A stretch of 62,265 nucleotides of DNA, counting the filler, from Pirum gemmata (Eukaryota), in the NCBI GenBank assembly GCA_002812295.1. It is 21 parts of 21 records of this genome, joined end to end, with 100 filler letters (N's around TTAATTAATTAA, not from the genome) between each part and the next. Parts side by side here need not be neighbours in the genome. Positions count along the whole stretch, not along the records: positions 54,154 to 56,798 come from PDIN01005194.1; positions 56,899 to 59,549 come from PDIN01005195.1; positions 59,650 to 62,265 come from PDIN01005196.1; 18 more parts are not named here. One strand, written 5' to 3'. The notes beneath the pieces are model-generated. The model searched no databases and had not been told where the DNA came from. It was given only the letters and a program-made list of their open reading frames with translations. Positions 54,495-62,265 of the stretch are shown piece by piece. Each line of letters begins with the position of its first letter. Within the stretch, counting starts at the first letter, position 1. A program made the translations under genes and the position numbers.

Positions 54495-55971
54495 ATACCG
54501 CCCGTATACGTTTTTTACTATTTTAAATATAGACGTTTTTTAAAAAAAAGTTGCCAGTTTTTTATCAAAAAAACCTTTTTTACCCAACCAACCAACCAAC
54601 TGCACCCAAAAACTCAAGAGGCCCTTCTTGAAGCAAGTTGAAGCAAGTTGAAGGCTTGAAGGCTTGAAGAGGCCCTTCAAGAATCAAGAGGGTGTTTTTT
54701 TTTTTTGGCGATCGAAAAAAGGACTAAAAAAGCTGGCTAAAAAAGGAGTTTTTGAGTTTTTTGAGCTGAGTAGTGACTCGTGTGAGTACGGCCAGAGTAG
54801 GCCAGAGTAGAGTAGTCTACCAGTTAGGTGACTCAGGTCCGAATTATGGGACGAAAAAAAAAAATCCTATAAATGAAAGAGAATTTGTTTTCGAGGAGGT
54901 GGTTCAAAATTCAAATGGTTAAAAAAAAAACTCGATAACTCACTCGATACTACTATAATAATATATCACTTTGCTACTTACTAGCTATCACTGATAGTAC
55001 TTTGCTACTATATATATTAGACTAATATGTTTATATAGCTTTTATATTAACCTAGTTGGGACCATTATATAAAATAATAATTATTATCGATATTCTATCA
55101 TACATAACGTTGCCAGTAGTGTAGACTAACCAGTATTCTAAATTTATGTCATGACTTGGCCTTATTCAGCTCGAAGTGAATATTAATTAAATAAGTGCCA
55201 TACTCAGTTCGAGTGAATATTAATTTTTTAAACCAAAAAAGCGTCTATATAATAATATATAAACAGTTATCATAATTATGCATACTATATTAAAAATATA
55301 ACAGTATATATAAGAGTTAACTGAAAATATAGTAACATTAGTCTATGACTCTATTATATCGATATTCAATACACAATAAAAAACCAAGGAATACATATAT
55401 TCTGGCAACAAAAGCTTTTTTCCTGTTACCATAATTATATTAATATAATATAATTAGAAGATTCACTCGCGGCTTATTTTTAATTTAGCCATAGAATAAT
55501 AATACTATGATAGCAACATCGATACCATGTAAAAATTAAGATTATTATTCTTATAATTATAATAATAATAATATATAATATAATATAATATGGGGAACCT
55601 TGTCAAAAGTTGGTGTCATTTTGACATTACTTGTTTAATCCTGCCCTTTTGCTATTACGCAATTCGTTGTTTTTTCAGTACTAGCGCTATAGCTAGCAGT
55701 AGACCACGGGGTCTATTACACTCCCTTTGCTGTGGGCCGCACAAAAACAAAACGAATGCGGTACTAATTAAATTTTGCGGACTAATTAATTTGGCGGAGG
55801 GGCCGCCCAAATTTAAAGGCCTTGCGGCATTTTTGGGCGGTGAGGATTAAAGTAACTGGTTTTTAAAGTCCCGTTAAAAAATACATTTTTGAAACCCAAG
55901 AATACTTGACACAGAGAATAGCTGTGGTATCCACGATCAAGTGTAACTATAACATTACGATTATCGATAAC

Positions 55972-56798
55972 CTATTCAGATATATTAGGACAGTCAGAGT
56001 AGAAGCTATTGCCTAATAGTTCTAAGAGCAGTTTCTCAACTTGTTCATGCTGTGGTACGTTAGGTTGCTGTACTTTATAATTCATAATGAAACCAGTGCA
56101 AGGCTCACCGAGAAGGTCGTTTCGATGTCTGTTAAAATGATGTGTTTTCAAGATTTTTTTTTTTTCATCTTTTGTGTACTTGTGATCCATGTAAGCTTTG
56201 TAGTCGTCAACACTGGTAATGAGGTTAGTTTCACAATCGATCGTTTAAAAAAAACTCTTGTATTAATATATGCTTACCCATATTCCCAGAAAAGTCTACA
56301 ACATCTTTACTGGTTGTATTCCTATTCATAACTTTAACTAAATCTTTAATCTTCTCTAAAGTATTTTTTTAATTCATTTTCACCTTGATGTCGAAGTTTT
56401 CCCATAGCTTCCAAACTTTGTGAACATGACATTGTGAGAATGTTGGCCAGCATCATTATGAAGAAAGGTATTTCTTTTGATGAAGAGACAGAAAGAAGTT
56501 TTTGCAACTATTTCATAACCGCGTTATTATTGTTGAAAATCATGGAGTAAGCTGAGTAACGGCCATATTCATCATATGCTTTAACCTTACAATGAAGATG
56601 TTTCAAAAAAGGTTTACCATATTCTTCCCAAAGTCTATATTCTACTCCTTCTTCACCTAAGAGTAGCTCGTAATCACACTGATGATCTATTCGATTATAA
56701 ACTACTTTTTTGGAGCTTTCAATATCCTCGTGAAGCCTTCTTACGTCCCCATTTATTACAACTTGTTCTAACCATTGGTAATAAAACATCTCTTCAGC
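55972..56798 (-). pseudogene. Disrupted intronless coding remnant, possibly the C-terminus of a DNA transposase
   Basis: Complex coding-like sequence continues through a stop at 56508 and frameshifts (…LTMSCSQSLEAMGKLRHQ…KHILIQEF…). The transposase resemblance is weak. Confidence 0.45.
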
Positions 56799-56977
56799 NN
56801 NNNNNNNNNNNNNNNNNNNNNNNNNNNNNNNNNNNNNNNNNNTTAATTAATTAANNNNNNNNNNNNNNNNNNNNNNNNNNNNNNNNNNNNNNNNNNNNTA
56901 TTATTATTATTATTATTGTTATTGTTATTGTTATTATTATTATAAATTTATATGTATGTTCTAATGAAATTGAACAG

Positions 56978-57094
56978 ACGGGTGAAGGAGTCAATGAAAG
57001 TTTCCAAAGTCTTATAAGAATCATGATATCACAAAGCAGCCACTCTTTTAACAAAAAGAAACCATCAAGTTCCAAATGTTGTGTTATATGTTAA
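56978..57094 (+). CDS. Last exon of a Ras-superfamily small GTPase
   Basis: After a CAG acceptor: TGEGVNESFQSLIRIMISQSSHSFNKKKPSSSKCCVIC-stop. This is the post-SAK helix, a polybasic patch and the CaaX box CVIC. Confidence 0.82.
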   Translation, partial: TGEGVNESFQSLIRIMISQSSHSFNKKKPSSSKCCVIC

Positions 57095-57489
57095 AAACTT
57101 GAATACGTAATCAATTAAAAATTATTATAATAATAGTATTAATAGCAGCAAGAATAATAATAATCGGAACATTACCGCCGACTGATTGTTAAAAGTAATT
57201 GTATTATCATTATCATTAATAATAATAATGATAATAATGATAATAGTAATAGTGATAGTAATGATAATTTCGGTGGTTTGTTTTTCATTTATGAATTTGT
57301 TATAATCCTGGTACAAAAGTAATGAAATAACAATTTTAGTAATAAGCATAGCAACAAGAAGTATAATTATACAACAACAACATTTCCAACCAATAATGGG
57401 AAAGTTGAAGTATATATATATAATACATCATTTATAATATATATATATATATTATACCTTTGGGATTGATATTTTATTTACAGTAATTG

Positions 57490-58430
57490 TGTGTGTTGCC
57501 TAATAGACAAAGTAAGAAGCATGATATTCCCAAAGAATTTTAAATTTAGATACATAACAATATTAATGTCTTCGGTTTTTATTAAAGGTTTTGCTATATA
57601 ATAATACTTAAGGGAGTGGTTTCCATTTACAATAGCTGATTGTTACTTCATAGGTAATAAGAAACATTGTATCGTCAAAGAATTTCAACTTGGATGCATA
57701 ATAATAATGTCGTTAGTACTTTATTGAAAGTTATGTTATATTGTAATAAGGATATTAAGACAACAGCATTATTACCAAGAATATATATATTATAACGTAA
57801 TAATTCCAAAGAATTTAAACTTAAATGCATAATAATAATGTCGCTAGTTTATTATCGAAGGTTGCGTTATATAATAATCCCTGTAGGGGAGGGGGGTTCC
57901 TTTACAATAGCTGACTTTTACCTAATAGACCGTGTAATGAAGCATCGTATTGCCAAAGAATTTAAACTTAGACAACATAATAATAATGTCGTCAGTGGTT
58001 TTATTGAAAGTTATGTTATACATAATAATAAAAAGAACACAATACTAAAACGGCATTATCACCAATAAGTGAAAAGTTGTGTCATATCATATGTGATTTA
58101 TATTCTTTACAAAACAAAAATGACACCAAAGCATTCACGATGCTACCAGCTTTTGATTGGTGTCGGAGTGGCTTTTCTATTTATAAATGTTAAGTGTTAA
58201 CTAATAGACAATTGCTATTCCCATAGAATTTAAATTTAGATACATAATAATAATAATGTAGTTAGTTTTTTTTTTGTTTTTTTTTTGAAAGTTGTGTTAT
58301 ATAATACCTACTTGATATAATAGATTGTTACCTAATAGACAATGTAAGAAGCATGGTACTCGCAATTAATTTAAACTTAAGATAAATAATGTTAATGTTC
58401 TTAGTGCTTTATTGAAAGTTATGTTCAATA
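57490..58430. repeat. Diverged tandem repeat of about 130-170 bp, roughly 6 units
   Basis: Recurring CCTAATAGAC...AAGCAT...CAAAGAATTTAAACTTAGA...ATAATAATGTC...TTTATTGAAAGTTATGTTATA. Confidence 0.75.
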
Positions 58431-58631
58431 AAAAATTCCAAATTATCTTTTTGTCTATATTCATAGTAGATCAATTTACATAATTCTCTTTGTTTTATTA
58501 ATCAACACGTTTTTTCAATCAGTTCAATTATATGTTTCAAAATACCAAAAAAATAACAATTGAAGGGACAAAATATTTTTTACCATTTTTCAGTCATTTT
58601 TCAGGCCATTTTCTAGGCCTTTTTTTTTTAG

Positions 58632-58675
<44 letters not shown>

Positions 58676-58761
58676 TCGAAACTGTACAAGGAGTACAATT
58701 AGGAGTTACCTGTAGTTTGTTGCTTCTTCTTTTTTTTTACGATTATTATAATTGTTTTTAA

Positions 58762-59526
58762 CTATACTTTTTTATTGAATTCTTCAAAGATACCATCATA
58801 ATCAACCTCCGTGCATAAAGGGTTGGGAAAAGGAAGTCTTAATCTAAATCGTTCGTCTGTTAATAAATCAGCAGCATTTTTTTGAACCCTCAATTGTTTG
58901 TCTCCGTAGCACATGTCATATTGAAAAGCCCAGGCAAAACTTAAAGGGATCATTGGAACAGCAGCTGATTTGTTTCCTTATAATTATGATTAACACTAGT
59001 TAATTCCCTATTCTTAACATTGGTGATAATAATAATTGTAGTGGTGGTGGTGGTGGTGGTGATGGCAATGCTACAGTAATAGTGGTACTGAAGCATTAGT
59101 AGTAATGTTAATACTAGAAGCAGTAGTAGAAAGAAGTAGAAGTAGAACTGGTAGAAGTAGAAGTACTACTATGAGTAGAAGTAGAAGTACTGATAGTAGT
59201 ACTAGTACTAATACTAGTGGTGATGCTAGAGGTGGCGCTAGAAGTAGAAGAAGTAGAAATGGAGGTGACACTAAAAGTAGAAATGGAGGTGAAAGTAAAA
59301 GTAGAAGAAGTACTAGTACTAGTACTAGAAGACGTAGTAATGCTAGTACTAGTACTAGTACTAGTAGTATAAATTGTACGAGCAGTACTAGTGGTGGTGG
59401 TGGTGGTGGTGGTGTTCATGGTGGCGACAGTGGTAGAGATTTAATTACCTTTCGCTGCGCCAACAATCAAAATAGGGCCTAAAACACCTAAAAACGCAGA
59501 AAACCACATGAAATTGTCTCTGGCCA
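58762..59526 (-). CDS. PLGRKT: Plasminogen receptor (KT) / DUF2368 homologue, last two exons (59526-59449, 58976-58762)
   Basis: The spliced peptide ARDNFMWFSAFLGVLGPILIVGAAK/GNKSAAVPMIPLSFAWAFQYDMCYGDKQLRVQKNAADLLTDERFRLRLP matches the family pattern as I recall it (VPxxPLSF...QYDxxYG....R....A..IL..E...L.LP). Junction phases agree. Confidence 0.85.
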
Positions 59527-59649
59527 CTTTTATAGTTATATCCCCCCCCNNNNNNNNNNNNNNNNNNNNNNNNNNNNNNNNNNNNNNNNNNNNTTAATTA
59601 ATTAANNNNNNNNNNNNNNNNNNNNNNNNNNNNNNNNNNNNNNNNNNNN

Positions 59650-60690
59650 AATAATAATAATAATAATCGTAATGACAGCGATAATAACAATGGTAACAAT
59701 ATCAGCAACTACAGTGAAATGAATGAACAACCTGTAATTCTTCATTCTCTTTCCCAAAGAGCTCCTTCTAGATCAACGCTAACAAACAACAGCATATTGT
59801 ATGATCAAGCCCCTCCTGCCTATAGGAATAATGATCGTTTTCGCAATAACAATGAATCTGGCCCAACAATAACAACAACAACAGCAACAGAAACAACAAC
59901 AACAACAACAACAACTCTCCTAATCGAAAACGATGACGAAGACTATGACAACAACGAAGATTTACCTGTAAATCCACCAAGCTATGATAATGTAATGGAT
60001 AATTTTGAGGAGCATAATGAAAATAATAATGACAACAACAATATGAATTTCGATTCAGATTATTTTAATAATAACATGATCAACAACAATACCAATTCAG
60101 TGCGTTTACAGTTTGTGAATTATATAAGTAGTAGTAAAGTTGATTATCTGAGAGCTTGGCGAATTGTATTTATCGTTACCAGTCTTATCAATCTCTCCCT
60201 TTATCTTGTACTTTTAGTATTCCCAAACTGGTGGCATCAGAAGAGTAAGTTAATAGACACTGATATTGGATTGTTTCAAATATGTAAAAAAACCGAACTA
60301 ATGTTCATCCGAAAATGCTTTTATCAAGTTAGTGCTATTAAACATATGGGATATATTCGTGCTTGTGTTATTGCAGCTTTTCAAATAGAGTTCGGTTGTC
60401 TTTTTATCTATGTGGTATCGAATTGTTTTACTAAAAAGGGCTTTATGAATTCTCTGTGTGGGGGGTTAAGATGGTCGTGTGTGTTGTTAAATACTGTTAA
60501 AGCCATAGTTATGATAGGGTGTATTTTGTTTGCTTATATTTCGTATAGTATTCATCTTCCAGGGGGTGAACCGGGGTGGTGTTTTGGGTTAGCGTTTGCA
60601 TTGTGTGGTAGTTCACTGTTTAGCTTAATTGCATCGTTTTATAGTGTTGCTATTACTAGTTGTTTTGTTTCTTTACCTATGGATGTGTAA
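59650..60690 (+). CDS. Claudin/PMP-22-like four-TM protein with a long Asn/Thr-rich N-terminal extension, possibly 5'-partial
   Basis: PNWW...IGLFQIC...C first-loop signature, four TMs and PGWCFGLA before TM4. The frame is open from the scaffold edge (59650) through the ATG at 59719. Confidence 0.87.
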   Translation, partial: NNNNNNRNDSDNNNGNNISNYSEMNEQPVILHSLSQRAPSRSTLTNNSILYDQAPPAYRNNDRFRNNNESGPTITTTTATETTTTTTTTLLIENDDEDYDNNEDLPVNPPSYDNVMDNFEEHNENNNDNNNMNFDSDYFNNNMINNNTNSVRLQFVNYISSSKVDYLRAWRIVFIVTSLINLSLYLVLLVFPNWWHQKSKLIDTDIGLFQICKKTELMFIRKCFYQVSAIKHMGYIRACVIAAFQIEFGCLFIYVVSNCFTKKGFMNSLCGGLRWSCVLLNTVKAIVMIGCILFAYISYSIHLPGGEPGWCFGLAFALCGSSLFSLIASFYSVAITSCFVSLPMDV

Positions 60691-61990
60691 TATTAGGGTT
60701 AGGGTTAGGGTTAATATTGATTCATTAACAATATAATTCACATATGTTGTGTATTATATAATGCTGTTAAAGCCATCGTTATGATAGGGTGTATTTTGTT
60801 TGCTTGTATTTCGTATAGAATCCATCTTTCAGGGGGGAGGGGTTAGCGTTTGCATTGGGTGGTAGCATCATTTTATAGTGTTGCTATTACTAGATGTTTT
60901 GTTTTTGCTTTACCCATGGATGTGCAATACTAGAGTTAGGGTTAAGGTTAAGGTTAAGGTTAGAGTTAGAGTTAGGGTTAATATTGATTCATTAACAATA
61001 TAATTCACATATGTTATGTAATATATAATACTGTTAAAGCCATCGTTCTGATAGGGTGTATTTTGTTTGCTTGTATTTCGTATAGTATCCATCTTTCGGG
61101 GTGGAGGGGGGTGCATTGTGTGGTAGTTCACTGTTTAGCTGAATATCATCATTTTATAGTGTTGCTATTACTAGTTGTTTTGTTTCTTTACCTATGGATG
61201 TGTAATATTAGGGTTAGGGTTAGGGTTATGGTTAGGGTTAAGGTTAGGGTTAGGGTTAGGGTTAGGGTTAAGGTTAAGGTTAAGGTTAGGGTTAGGGTTA
61301 ATATTGATTCATTAACAATATAGTTCACATATGTTATGTATTATATAACACTGTTTTAAAGCCATAGTTATGATAGGGTGTATTTTGTTTGCTTATATAT
61401 TTCGTGTAGTATCCATCTTCCAGGGGGGGGATTGAGGTAGTGTTTTGGGTTAACGTTTGCATTGTGTGGTAGTTCACTGTTTAGCTTAATTGCATCGTTT
61501 TATAGTATTTCTATTACTAGTTGTTTTGTTTCTTTACCTATGGATGTGTAATATTAGGGTAAGGGTTAAGATTAGGGTTAGAGTTAGGATTAGGGTTAGG
61601 GTTAGGGTTAAGGTTAGGGTTAGGGTAAGGGTTAGGGTTAAGGTTAGGGTTAGGGTAAGGGTTAGGGCTAAGGTTAGGGTTAGTTCACTGTTTAGCTTAA
61701 TTGCATCGTTTTATAGTGTTGCTATTACTAGTTGTTTTGTTTCTTTACCTATGGATGTGTAATATTAGGGTTAGGGTCAGGGTTAGGGTTAGGGTTNNNN
61801 NNNNNNNNNNNNNNNNNNNNNNNNGGGTTAGGGTTAGGGTTAGGGTTAGGGTTAGGGTTAGGGTTAGGGTTAGTTCACTGTTTAGCTTAATTGCATAGTG
61901 TTGCTATTACTAGTTGTTTTGTTTCTTTACCTATGGATGTGTAATATTAGGGTTAGGGTTAGGGTTAGGGTTAATATTGATTCATTAACA
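60691..61990 (+). repeat. Tandem re-duplications of the claudin-like gene 3' end, each followed by a TTAGGG-type tract
   Basis: Copies end ...CCTATGGATGTGTAA (or a variant) at about 60927, 61205, 61551, 61762 and 61944, each followed by TA(T/C)TAG-hexamer repeats. Confidence 0.92.
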
Positions 61991-62265
61991 CTACAGTTCA
62001 CATATTATGTTATGTATTATTTTTTATAATAAGATGTTATCGTGCTTTTTATTTATTTTGTCACTCTGAATATTTATTTGAAAGGTTATAATCTTTAAAT
62101 TGACATTTTTAAATCAATTTGATAATAAAGTATACCGAATTAAATTCACTGGATGTATATTATATTAATTTGGTGCTATTTATTGTATAGTTTATGATGT
62201 GTTGAGGTGTTACTATATTTGGTATTTATATATACATATATGGCATGTATATATGTTATTATAGT

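Noticed and set aside
59105..59482. SR-rich 125-aa ORF
   Set aside because: Antisense reading of AGT/AGA/GGT microsatellites in the PLGRKT intron.

Overview
This is AT-rich eukaryotic nuclear DNA with GT-AG introns and TTAGGG-type repeats; the organism cannot be identified from sequence alone. It is not one locus: 21 small scaffolds, mostly 2.6-2.7 kb, are joined by an artificial 100-bp linker (44 N + TTAATTAATTAA + 44 N), so adjacency across linkers means nothing. Most ORF-track entries are translated microsatellites. Splicing by hand recovers real genes the track misses: three exons of GPI transamidase PIG-T/Gpi16, two exons of a PLGRKT (DUF2368) homologue, the last exon of a Ras-superfamily GTPase with a CaaX box, a Cys-rich secreted protein and three unknown intron-rich genes. 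Intronless ORFs include two claudin/PMP-22-like proteins, a 612-aa secreted and probably GPI-anchored protein, and an orphan 234-aa ORF in a decaying tandem array. Non-coding DNA holds about eight short non-autonomous DNA-transposon families (several with checkable TIRs and TSDs, one nested insertion), a decayed LINE reverse transcriptase, satellites and many interstitial telomeric tracts. The most unusual signals are pervasive TA-[1-5 nt]-TA micro-insertions resembling excision footprints, and a gene 3' end re-duplicated five times with a TTAGGG tract after each copy. I cannot establish a new biological system; these are leads.
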